A stretch of 64,000 nucleotides of DNA from Anaerolineales bacterium (GTDB taxonomy: Bacteria; Chloroflexota; Anaerolineae; Anaerolineales; E44-bin32), in contig JARRPX010000013.1 of NCBI GenBank assembly GCA_037382465.1, positions 6,640 through 70,639 of the forward strand. The letters are read 5' to 3'. Under the pieces are notes generated by a model. It ran no database searches. It was not told where the DNA came from and was given only the letters and a program-made list of their open reading frames with translations. The position numbers and the translations under genes were made by a program. Of the stretch, positions 56,358-64,000 are shown one piece after another (the stretch's first letter is position 1; each line of letters begins with the position of its first letter).

Positions 56358-56392
56358 AAAACCGCGGCGTTGAATCCAACGCCGCGGTTTTT
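56358..56392. terminator. bidirectional intrinsic terminator
   Basis: 12-bp stem 'accgcggcgttg'/'caacgccgcggt', flanked by AAAA on the 5' side and TTTTT on the 3' side. It sits between convergent operons. Confidence 0.85.
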
Positions 56393-56422
56393 ATGTCAAC
56401 TTTCGTTCTTGCGAGACATCGA

Positions 56423-57535
56423 TCAGGTTTTATAGCGCAGCACGGCGCCGATGTTCCCCGCCTTTTTTAGGGCTTGGTTATCGTGCAGCACCTCGACCTC
56501 GCCGCCGTCGGCCAAAACCTGTCGAATGGCGAGTTCGACGGCGTCCTCGATTTTTTCGATCGGACTCGAACAGAAGGGACAGCGTTTGAGCTTCTGTTCG
56601 GAGATGAAACGGCAGCTGACGCAGCGATATCCCGCTGCCCGGAATCCTTCACTGACAACCAGCGTCTGCACGTTGCCGGCTTGCACGGCACCCAACGTGT
56701 CACCTAGTCGAATGACGCCCTCACCTCCCTTTGCGGCCGCGGTTACGACCGCTTCCACCAGGCGGGCCTCACGTTCATCCTCGAATTTCTTGGCGGCGTT
56801 CATCGCCTTTTCCAGCACCTGCACGTGGCCAGCCGTCATTTCGATCGGGAAGGTGCCCATGACCAGGCACTTCCAACGTTTGGGAAGAAATTCCAGAAAT
56901 CGAGCCACGTTTTCTTCGGTGCCGCCAATCAGAACCCGGCGGACTTGCTTCTGGTCGAAAAAAGAGGCCGCGAAATTTGCGGCGTCCTTTAAATTGCGTT
57001 CGGCGACTTCTTCGGAATAGCGTGTTTGTCCGGTGACTCCACCTCTCCTGCCCGGGCTCTGCGATCCTCCGCCGCGTTTCGTGTGCCGCACGGGTTCCCC
57101 GAGTGTGCCCTCGATTTCGTTCAGCTCGCCCAGGTGAAAATTGAATAGCCGCGTACCTTGCTTGTCGACCAGCGCAACACCGTAATGGCCATAACTGTCG
57201 ATCAAGTCGACCAGTGGTTTTACGTACGGCCGATTTAGACGCCGAGCACGGCTGCGCAATGGAAGCGAAAGTGAGAAAGTGCGAAAAAAACCGTCCTCCG
57301 CACACGAAAATACAACCAGACTTCTGCCGCTCCAATCGTACTCGTGCTGCACGAAGCGGATGATTACATCGACATCGTCTTCGGCCTCTTCATCGAAGGC
57401 TTTCAACATTTGACGCAGTTGCAGGCGATGAACTTCGTTCGACCCGGAAGCAGGATCGGTGTTCAGAAAAACACTCAAAACTGGATTCTTGGGTCGATAT
57501 TCGATGAGTTCTTTCAGATCTCGTTCCGTCAGCAT
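56423..57535 (-). CDS. archaeo-eukaryotic release factor (eRF1/Pelota)-fold protein, bacterial baeRF/VLRF1-like, with GGGSQ loop and Zn ribbon
   Basis: The central domain 'YGVALVDKQGTRLF...RHTKRGGGSQSPGRRGG...RRVLIGGTEEN' aligns by eye with the eRF1 M-domain around its GGQ loop. The C-terminal domain 'GEGVIRLGDTLGAVQAGNVQTLVVSE...CVSC...CPFC...GNIGAVLRYKT' resembles eRF1/Pelota domain 3 with a CxxC..CxxC insert. Start is ATG at 57535 or 57538 (GGAGG upstream). Confidence 0.7.
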   Translation of the reverse strand: MLTERDLKELIEYRPKNPVLSVFLNTDPASGSNEVHRLQLRQMLKAFDEEAEDDVDVIIRFVQHEYDWSGRSLVVFSCAEDGFFRTFSLSLPLRSRARRLNRPYVKPLVDLIDSYGHYGVALVDKQGTRLFNFHLGELNEIEGTLGEPVRHTKRGGGSQSPGRRGGVTGQTRYSEEVAERNLKDAANFAASFFDQKQVRRVLIGGTEENVARFLEFLPKRWKCLVMGTFPIEMTAGHVQVLEKAMNAAKKFEDEREARLVEAVVTAAAKGGEGVIRLGDTLGAVQAGNVQTLVVSEGFRAAGYRCVSCRFISEQKLKRCPFCSSPIEKIEDAVELAIRQVLADGGEVEVLHDNQALKKAGNIGAVLRYKT

Positions 57536-57583
57536 CATGCCCTCCAATCCGAGAATTCGGATTCGTGTCGACTGACCGGATCG

Positions 57584-58783
57584 TTATGGGCGGGCGCCGA
57601 TGGTCAGCGGTACCTCGATGGTTTCCCCATCACGTAAAACGGTCAGAGTTACGACTTGCCCGACTTCGGTGTGTTTGAGCAGATACGCAAGCAGTTCGGA
57701 GAAACGGCTGACGGGGTGGCTGTCGATGGCGATTATCAGATCTCCGCCCGGATGTACTTCCGGGTCCCCGCAGCTTCCGGCGCCGATAAGTCCCGCTTCA
57801 TTGGCAGGGCTGCCCTCTGTCACGCATGTGAGGTAAGCGCCCAGGGCGTCGGCCGGCAAACCCAGCGATTCGATCGTGCGCAGATTCCATTCCCCAAGAC
57901 TTTGAACGCCGAGATAGGGGTATTCGTAACTTCCTTCCGAGATCAAGAATGGCAGAACGCGGCTTACGATGTTGATGGGAATGGCGAATCCCACACCGGA
58001 ATTTACGGGATTGCCGGTCGGGCTGAAACTCTCTGTGGAAATGGCCCGATTGATCCCGATCACCTCGCCGCGCATGTTGATCAGCGGTCCTCCCGAATTG
58101 CCGGGGTTGATTGCGGCATCGGTTTGGATTAAGTCTCCGGCCGAAAAGAACGACCCGCCGGGAGCCGGGTTGATGGATTCAAGGGTGCGGCCTTTGGAGG
58201 AGACGATGCCGAGCGTCATCGTGCCTTCGTAATTGAACGGATTTCCGACTGCAATGACGAATTCCCCCACCCGCACCTGGTCCGAATCTCCGAACGGAAT
58301 CGGGACGAGATCTTCTGCAGGGACATCGACCTCGAGCACGGCCAAGTCGGAATCGGGATCCGTGCCAATCAAATCCGCCCAGGATTTCAATCCGGACGGA
58401 AAATCAACTTCGATTTCAGATGCGGATTCGATAACATGCTGGTTGGTTAGGATGTGGCCGTCTTGATCGACGACGAAGCCCGATCCTTGGCCCAATGGTC
58501 TCGAATCGCCATTATCGCCGATGTCTGCATACGTATAGATCGTGACCACGCCGGGCAAGACACGATCATAGATGTCTGCCAGGTCCAGATCTCCGATCCC
58601 GGTAGGATTTTCTTCAACATCAGCCGTTTCGACTTCCGTTTCGGCTGCGTTGTTTTGAGCGCCGGTCGTAGATTCCAGACCTTGTATGACGTTTTCCCCC
58701 AAAGTCGACAGGCTGTTGCACGTGACGATGGCGAGAAAGGAGATCAGAATCACGATCGTGATAATACCATTTCTAATTTTCAT
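57584..58783 (-). CDS. htrA: HtrA/DegP-family serine protease with PDZ domain
   Basis: N-terminal TM/signal. Catalytic 'TNQHVI', 'DLAVLEV', 'GNSGGPLIN'. C-terminal PDZ 'GAYLTCVTEGSPANEAGL'. Confidence 0.92.
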   Translation of the reverse strand: MKIRNGIITIVILISFLAIVTCNSLSTLGENVIQGLESTTGAQNNAAETEVETADVEENPTGIGDLDLADIYDRVLPGVVTIYTYADIGDNGDSRPLGQGSGFVVDQDGHILTNQHVIESASEIEVDFPSGLKSWADLIGTDPDSDLAVLEVDVPAEDLVPIPFGDSDQVRVGEFVIAVGNPFNYEGTMTLGIVSSKGRTLESINPAPGGSFFSAGDLIQTDAAINPGNSGGPLINMRGEVIGINRAISTESFSPTGNPVNSGVGFAIPINIVSRVLPFLISEGSYEYPYLGVQSLGEWNLRTIESLGLPADALGAYLTCVTEGSPANEAGLIGAGSCGDPEVHPGGDLIIAIDSHPVSRFSELLAYLLKHTEVGQVVTLTVLRDGETIEVPLTIGARP

Positions 58784-58833
58784 AACTTCATTCCTCTACC
58801 CAGTTATTTTCGATACCGGATCCATGGGCGGTA

Positions 58834-59739
58834 CTACCGAAGTCCAGATAATTTTTCGAACAGCTTTTTTTCTTCATTGGACAATTTTTCCGGCAGGCTT
58901 ACCCTGAGCGTGGCGTAAAGGTCGCCGCTGGATCCACCGCGCACGTCCGGCATTCCTTTTCCCTTCAGACGAAACACTTTCCCGGGTTGACTCCCGGGGG
59001 GAACGGTCAACACCAGGTCTCCCTGCGGACAGGGCACGTGCGCTTCGCCACCCAGCACGGCGGTATACAGATCTACTGCAGCGTCCGTGTAGAGATCGTT
59101 CTCTTTACGTTTGAAACGCGGATCGGGATTCACGTTTACTTTGACGTACAGGTCGCCCGAACCGCGTTGGCCCGAATGGCCTTGTCCGCTGATGCGCAGC
59201 TTCATTCCGCTCTTCGCACCGGCGGGGACGACCACCTCGAGCTTGCGCCCATCTTGCCGGAGGATTCGCGTCGTGCCCGAGTAAGCCTCGGCGAGGCTGA
59301 CGTGTATGGATTGTTCGACATCCTGGCCGCGCATGGAACGCCTGGATGCGGACGTTTGACTTTGGTTTGGCATGCCGCCGAAAATCGCGGAGAAGAAATC
59401 GGAGAAGCCGCCGAAAAGATCACCCAGATCCCCGACATCGACGTGCACCCCGCCGGGCGAGCCGCTCGTCCATTGCGACCAGTCGAAACTCCCGCCGCGT
59501 CCGCCCATCCGCTCCCAGGCTTTGTATGAGCTTCCAAGTTGATCGTACTTCGAGCGTTTTTGAGGATCGCCGAGGACTTCGTATGCTTCGTTGATTTCTT
59601 TGAAGCGCGTTGTCGCATCACTGGAGGGATTTTTATCGGGATGGTATTTCAGCGCCAGCGATCGGTAGGCGCGTTTGATTTCCGCTTCCGAAGCGTCACG
59701 TTCCACCCCCAGGATCTTATAGTAATCCTTGTATTCCAT
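58834..59739 (-). CDS. class II J-domain co-chaperone (CbpA/DnaJ-like, no zinc-finger domain)
   Basis: Start at '[37 protein letters not shown]'. G/F-rich region and two DnaJ C-terminal beta domains. No CxxCxGxG repeats. Confidence 0.9.
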   Translation of the reverse strand: MEYKDYYKILGVERDASEAEIKRAYRSLALKYHPDKNPSSDATTRFKEINEAYEVLGDPQKRSKYDQLGSSYKAWERMGGRGGSFDWSQWTSGSPGGVHVDVGDLGDLFGGFSDFFSAIFGGMPNQSQTSASRRSMRGQDVEQSIHVSLAEAYSGTTRILRQDGRKLEVVVPAGAKSGMKLRISGQGHSGQRGSGDLYVKVNVNPDPRFKRKENDLYTDAAVDLYTAVLGGEAHVPCPQGDLVLTVPPGSQPGKVFRLKGKGMPDVRGGSSGDLYATLRVSLPEKLSNEEKKLFEKLSGLR

Positions 59740-59762
59740 GCAGTTGTGAATCCTTACTTTGA

Positions 59763-59792
59763 ATTCTAAGGGGCGCCAAGAACGAGAGTCAA
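59763..59792 (-). promoter_or_regulatory. sigma70-type promoter of the J-protein/htrA/aeRF1-like operon
   Basis: The minus strand reads TTGACT, 18-nt spacer, TAGAAT. About 24 nt upstream of the ATG at 59739. Confidence 0.5.
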
Positions 59793-60059
59793 GATGCCGC
59801 AAACGACTTTAACATGATTCTAACAGTCGTGCTCTCTTTTTGCGACATGAAGTGAAAAATGTGCGCTCTTCCGCGCAGGCGAGCACCTCCAATCCGCGCC
59901 AGGACGCAGCCCGTGTTGGAAAAATCGGGGCCGGCAACCCGCCGCAGCGGAGAGACACTCCGGCGTTCGTAGGCCGTTGGGTTGCAGGGATCTCGATGAA
60001 AAGTATGGCGGAGTGAGGCAAAGACGCGGGTTGCTCGACTCCCCCCGAAAATTCTTCCG

Positions 60060-60068
60060 TGCTATTAT
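60060..60068 (+). promoter_or_regulatory. extended -10 element (TGcTATTAT), predicts a leaderless or near-leaderless mRNA
   Basis: 'ccgTGcTATTATaccggcATG': only 6 nt separate the -10 from the ATG at 60075, and there is no SD. Confidence 0.4.
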
Positions 60069-60074
60069 ACCGGC

Positions 60075-61265
60075 ATGGCTGTTTCTTCCGATCTGGGAAG
60101 GGTACTCGTCGTCGACGAAGACCCCGACGTGCTGGACCTTCTCGAGCGAGAGGTGCTTACGCCTCTCGGTTATGAGGTGGCGGTCGCCAACGATGCGGCT
60201 ACCGCGATTCAGCAGGCGATTACTTTCATGCCGGATCTCATTCTCGCCAGTATGACCTTGCCGGGCCTCAGTGGAAAGGATCTTCTCGTCGCATTGCGTT
60301 CTCAAGGAATTGAGCTTCCTACGCTCGTCATGGCGCAGGAGGGTATGGAGGCGGACGCCATCCAGGCGTTTCGTCTGGGTGCAAACGATTACTTGAAGAA
60401 GCCGCTGCGCGAGGCGGAAGTTCTTACTGCGGTGGAACGGGCGATCAACGAAACCCGGCTGCGAGGCGAACGGCAGCGGCTTGCCCAGCAATTGGCCGAC
60501 AGTAACCGCCAACTCGAACACAGGGTACGCGAATTGACCACGCTCTTTGGGATCGGCAAGACGGTCACGTCCACGACCAATCAGAGTCAGCTCTTCGACA
60601 AGCTCATGGAAGGCAGCCTCTTCGTCACAGAGGCCGATATGGGCTGGCTCTTGTTGGAAGAGGAGAAAAGTGGACAATTGCTGCTGCGAGCGCAAGCCGA
60701 CATGCCGCCCGGCATCGTCGCCAAACTGCATCAAACGTGGGAAGACGGCGTGAGCAGTTTGGTGATGCTTTCCGGAGAGGCTTTGGCGATCAAGGGGGAG
60801 GGATTATCACAATTCAAAATCGATAAGTTCGCCAAAGCTGCGTTGATCGCTCCGGTGAAGGTGCGAAACAAGCCCATCGGCGTGCTGGCCGTCGCCCGCA
60901 AGGAAGGTCGCGGTTTTTCCGAGCGGGACCAGGCCATGCTCGAAGCCGTAGCGGATTACGCTTCGATCTCCCTGGTCAACGCTCGACTTTTCCAGGCGCT
61001 TGAGGCCAGAGCCAATCATTTGCAGCGCGTGACGGGGGAAGCCAATATGGACGCTCAGGCCAGGGCAGAATGGCGGTCGGGATTGGAGCGCGGTTTACGA
61101 GCGGCGAGGGCGCAAATCGGCGTGTTGTTACAGCGAATTGAGAAAGGCGACCTTCATAAAGCTTTGCATACCGTAGACGAGGACTTGGTGGCATTGATCA
61201 AGCAGGTGAACGAAGCGCCCGAGACTTCACCGGGCAAAACCCGGCCAGTTCCGGAAGAATCATGA
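60075..61265 (+). CDS. pseudo-receiver (REC-like, phospho-acceptor Asp replaced by Ser) + GAF domain protein
   Basis: REC fold 'VLVVDEDPDV...PDLILASMTLPGLSG...PTLVMAQEG...YLKKPL'. Against CheY, D57 aligns with Ser59 (codon 60249..60251) and T87 with Ala. A GAF-like domain follows and there is no output domain. Confidence 0.8.
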   Translation: MAVSSDLGRVLVVDEDPDVLDLLEREVLTPLGYEVAVANDAATAIQQAITFMPDLILASMTLPGLSGKDLLVALRSQGIELPTLVMAQEGMEADAIQAFRLGANDYLKKPLREAEVLTAVERAINETRLRGERQRLAQQLADSNRQLEHRVRELTTLFGIGKTVTSTTNQSQLFDKLMEGSLFVTEADMGWLLLEEEKSGQLLLRAQADMPPGIVAKLHQTWEDGVSSLVMLSGEALAIKGEGLSQFKIDKFAKAALIAPVKVRNKPIGVLAVARKEGRGFSERDQAMLEAVADYASISLVNARLFQALEARANHLQRVTGEANMDAQARAEWRSGLERGLRAARAQIGVLLQRIEKGDLHKALHTVDEDLVALIKQVNEAPETSPGKTRPVPEES

Positions 61266-61348
61266 ATCCAGTGAGTCTTGCATGCGCATCGAAAATCCTA
61301 TTCATCCGGCGTACATGACTGTGCTACGATCTAAAGTGTCAGAACACG

Positions 61349-63265
61349 ATGAGTGAAAAAATGATTTTGGTCGTCGACGATAACGAGGACTTCCGCCTCA
61401 GTCTGGAGGAAAGTATCCTCACGCCTGCGGGGTATGAGGTCAAATCCGTGGCGGATGGTTTGTCGGCGCTGACGTTGGTCCAGGAATACAAACCGGCTCT
61501 GGTGATCACCGATCAGCAGATGCCAAACTTAACCGGCATCGAATTGATCCAGCGACTTCGCCGGAAGGACCCCAGCATTCCGACGATTTTGGTCACCAGC
61601 GAAGGATCGGAAGCTTTGGCGGTCGAAGCCCTGCGCGCCGGGGCGACGGACATGCTCACGAAACCCTTCGAGCCCGAGGAGATGTTGGAAGCGGTCAAAC
61701 GCGCTTTCGCCGAGCGGGAACGCCGGCTCTCAGACGGCTTGCTGAAAACGAAAGCGGACAAGACCGCGACGATCGAGCATCGCATCCACGAACTCGAAGC
61801 GTTGTCCATGATCGGGCGCACGGTCACCGCGATGTTGGATCTGGACGAAGTCCTGACCACGGTCGTGGAAGCTGCGGTGCGGCTTACAGGCGCCGAAGAA
61901 GGGAGTCTGCTGCTCCTGGAGGAGGAGACAGGCGAACTCTATATGCGCGCTTCGAAGAATTTCGACGAGGATTTTGCTACCGCCTTTCGCCTGGAAACGC
62001 GCGATTCGCTGGCCGGGAAAGTCGTCTCGACGGGTGAACCGGTGATTCTCGATGAAACGACGCCCAAGAAGATCAAGACGTCCTATCTGGTCCACTCGTT
62101 GATTTACGTGCCGCTCAAGGTGCGCGGCCGGGTGATCGGCGTACTGGGGGTCGATAACCGCAAAGCGGGCAGCGTCCTCTCCGAGAAAGATATGACCGTG
62201 ATCACGGCCATGGCCGATTACGCGGCCATTGCAATCGAAAACGCGCGCCTGTTCGCGCACTCGGAAATGGAACGAATCCAGCTGGAGACCATCCTGCGTC
62301 AAATCAAAAACGGTGTGATCGTCGTCGATCCGGATAACCGCATCCGGTTGATCAACCGCACCGCGCAGGAAGCATTTGGGCTCGAGGGTGATTTTCTGGG
62401 CCGATCGATTGTCGAGGCCTTCGACGAACCCAAGATCTTGAAAATGCTGCGAACTGCCGGAAAAGTCCCCCATCAAGACGATATAGAAACCGCGGACGGA
62501 CGCATCTTCAATCTGCAGTGCACGCCGATTGAGGGGGTCGGCCAGGCAATCGTTTTACACGACATCACCCATTTGAAGAATCTGGATCGCATCAAGTCTG
62601 AGTTTGTTACCACGGTCTCGCACGATTTGCGTTCCCCGCTCACTGCGATTCTGGGGTACGTGGAGCTGATCGAGCGCGCCGGAAAACTGAACGAACAACA
62701 GCAGGAGTTCACGCAGCGGGTCCGTTTCAGCGTCCAGCAAATCACGGATTTGGTCACCGATCTGTTGGATTTGGGGCGCATCGAGGCGGGCCTGGACATC
62801 GCCCGGGAAAATACGCCTATCGATAGGATCACACATTACGCGGTGGAGAGTTTGCAGGGCGTTGCAGAAAGCCAGGGCGTTAAATTGGATATCGAACTCG
62901 ACAAGGGCTTGCCCCTTGTGAACGGAGACCCGGTCCGGCTGCGCCAGATGGTCGGCAATCTCATCGACAACGCGATCAAGTACACGCCCGAAGGCGGTAC
63001 GGTTCGTGTGCAAGCGGAGGCGGAGGGTGGGCAGGTTATCTTGCGCGTGATCGATAATGGCCCCGGCATCCCACCCGCCGATCAGCCCTACCTGTTCGAT
63101 AAATTCTTCCGCGCCAGCAACATCCCCGACGACATGCCCGGCACGGGCCTCGGCCTTTCGATCGTAAAGTCGATCGTCGACAATCACGGCGGCAGGATCT
63201 GGGTGGATTCGAAACTAGGGGAAGGAACGACCTTCACGGTTGTGCTGCTGGCTGCGGAGGAATAA
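61349..63265 (+). CDS. hybrid REC-GAF-PAS histidine kinase
   Basis: Canonical REC ('ILVVDDNED', 'ALVITDQQMPNLTG', 'ILVTSEG', 'LTKPF'), GAF and PAS. H-box 'FVTTVSHDLRSPLTAI'. 'NLIDNAIKYTPEGG' and 'GTGLGLSIVKSI'. Confidence 0.9.
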   Translation: MSEKMILVVDDNEDFRLSLEESILTPAGYEVKSVADGLSALTLVQEYKPALVITDQQMPNLTGIELIQRLRRKDPSIPTILVTSEGSEALAVEALRAGATDMLTKPFEPEEMLEAVKRAFAERERRLSDGLLKTKADKTATIEHRIHELEALSMIGRTVTAMLDLDEVLTTVVEAAVRLTGAEEGSLLLLEEETGELYMRASKNFDEDFATAFRLETRDSLAGKVVSTGEPVILDETTPKKIKTSYLVHSLIYVPLKVRGRVIGVLGVDNRKAGSVLSEKDMTVITAMADYAAIAIENARLFAHSEMERIQLETILRQIKNGVIVVDPDNRIRLINRTAQEAFGLEGDFLGRSIVEAFDEPKILKMLRTAGKVPHQDDIETADGRIFNLQCTPIEGVGQAIVLHDITHLKNLDRIKSEFVTTVSHDLRSPLTAILGYVELIERAGKLNEQQQEFTQRVRFSVQQITDLVTDLLDLGRIEAGLDIARENTPIDRITHYAVESLQGVAESQGVKLDIELDKGLPLVNGDPVRLRQMVGNLIDNAIKYTPEGGTVRVQAEAEGGQVILRVIDNGPGIPPADQPYLFDKFFRASNIPDDMPGTGLGLSIVKSIVDNHGGRIWVDSKLGEGTTFTVVLLAAEE

Positions 63266-63521
63266 GCGCTGCGCATGAACACTGGCCGGGATCGAACTCG
63301 TCCCGTGTCGCAAATCATCACCTCCATCAAATCCCCTCGATTCAAAGCAAACGAAGTCCTGCTTGATTTGCGCAATTTATTCTACATACATCCTTTTCTG
63401 CAGCCGCTTTTCCATTCATGGGGAAGATCGCAGATTCAATCATCCGTGTGTCCCCGGTCGGACGAGCGATATAATGTTCGTATGATAAGGCGTTTGGCTT
63501 TGCAACGGGGTTGGATGGGTG

Positions 63522-64000
63522 ATGAGTGATGATGCACTTCGCCGGCGCTTGAAACGCTTGGGGCGAAAGTCGCGCAAACGCGCAGAGTTGAAAGCTGCAC
63601 GGCCGCGCCCTGTGGATCTGCCGCCCGGCGATGAGCTGGATACCCCGCACGGAAAAGCCTTTCGCATCCAGGAATTGTATCCACGGGATTATGAGCATGC
63701 CGGCTGCGAACTCTCAAGAATTTTCGATTTCAAGAGCGACCTGGCCGCGCAGGTAGTACGGCAGCCGAACCTCGCGGAGGTCTCTTTTGAAGACATGCTT
63801 TTTCTCGATACGGAAACCACCGGCCTGGCCGGCGGTGCAGGAACCATTGCTTTTCTGGTCGGCGTGGGACGATTTACGGGCGATCATTTCCGTCTGCGCC
63901 AGTACTTTCTGCGGGAGCCGGGCGAAGAAGCGGGATTGCTTCACGCTCTGCAAGAAGACATCGAGAATGCGGCTGCGATCGTGTCCTTCAACGGTCGTGT
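63522..64000 (+). CDS. RNase H-like (YprB/DEDD exonuclease-like) domain protein, 5' fragment running off the window; not in the ORF track
   Basis: My own translation from the ATG at 63522: 'MSDDALRRRLKRLG...FEDMLFLDTETTGLAGGAGTIAFLVGVG...IVSFNGR'. 'LFLDTETTGL' is exonuclease motif I. There is no stop before 64000. Confidence 0.6.
   Translation, partial: MSDDALRRRLKRLGRKSRKRAELKAARPRPVDLPPGDELDTPHGKAFRIQELYPRDYEHAGCELSRIFDFKSDLAAQVVRQPNLAEVSFEDMLFLDTETTGLAGGAGTIAFLVGVGRFTGDHFRLRQYFLREPGEEAGLLHALQEDIENAAAIVSFNGR

Noticed and set aside
59820-60734. Minus-strand ORF of 304 aa
   Set aside because: It is antisense to the REC-GAF gene, whose REC and GAF motifs are clear. It has no RBS and the sequence is low-information. 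The same reasoning applies to 61730..62476 and 62555..63187 (antisense to the hybrid kinase), 23597..24523 (antisense to acnA), 16977..17825 (antisense to purA) and 12859..13590 (antisense to the LamG-like lipoprotein).
63286-63306. tRNA-fragment-like 'ccgggatcgaactcgtcccgt' downstream of the hybrid kinase
   Set aside because: The T-loop register is non-canonical on both strands and there is no cloverleaf or CCA context. It is probably coincidence.
63275-63529. ORF of 84 aa in the kinase / RNase H-like intergenic region
   Set aside because: It has no RBS and an unremarkable basic sequence. It spans a TATAAT (63469..63474) that more plausibly serves the downstream RNase H-like gene.

Overview
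Gene-dense 64-kb chromosomal window with about 52 protein genes. I found no rRNA or tRNA genes, no CRISPR array, and no transposase, integrase or phage genes. It looks like core chromosome rather than an island. Pro/Thr-rich linkers on secreted proteins, multi-GAF histidine kinases and -35-less extended -10 promoters suggest a Chloroflexota (Anaerolineae-like) genome; this is inference, with no search run.

Content by region:
- 1-6.1 kb: rsmG (3' end), then recF, def, a cNMP-binding/bPH membrane protein and ftsK.
- 6.4-11.9 kb: BMP-family nucleoside-type ABC transporter operon.
- 12.1-13.7 kb: two paralogous lipoproteins.
- 13.8-17.8 kb: purA, a C39-like peptidase and murJ in one minus-strand operon, with murJ internally broken.
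- 18-21.8 kb: a LysM protein, a candidate small RNA, an HTH protein, a coiled-coil J-protein and an unknown protein.
- 21.9-38.9 kb: acnA, a 1200-aa multi-GAF kinase, a DRTGG protein plus ADP-forming acetyl-CoA synthetase, an HI0933 flavoprotein, a DUF211-VIT pair, an M19 dipeptidase and a 7TM-PAS kinase.
- 38.9-41.1 kb: DUF3597 and DUF937 genes flanked by two paralogous 56-aa membrane proteins; one of these is absent from the ORF track.
- 41.2-49.6 kb: NERD-like/GT2/rnhB operon, NfeD, an FHA protein, OsmC, a lipoprotein-type pcm and a spermidine-synthase-like membrane protein.
- 49.7-59.8 kb: a proteostasis neighbourhood with clpB, hsp20, rhomboid, three tandem TM+coiled-coil proteins, and a J-protein/HtrA/aeRF1-fold operon.
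- 60-64 kb: a pseudo-receiver REC-GAF protein next to a REC-GAF-PAS kinase, then the 5' part of an RNase H-like gene.

Most interesting candidate: the J-protein-HtrA-aeRF1-like operon. The third protein has an archaeo-eukaryotic release factor fold with a 'GGGSQ' loop, and could be an uncharacterised stalled-chain release/quality-control module.

All calls rest on motif recognition by eye. No HMM, BLAST or folding software was run.
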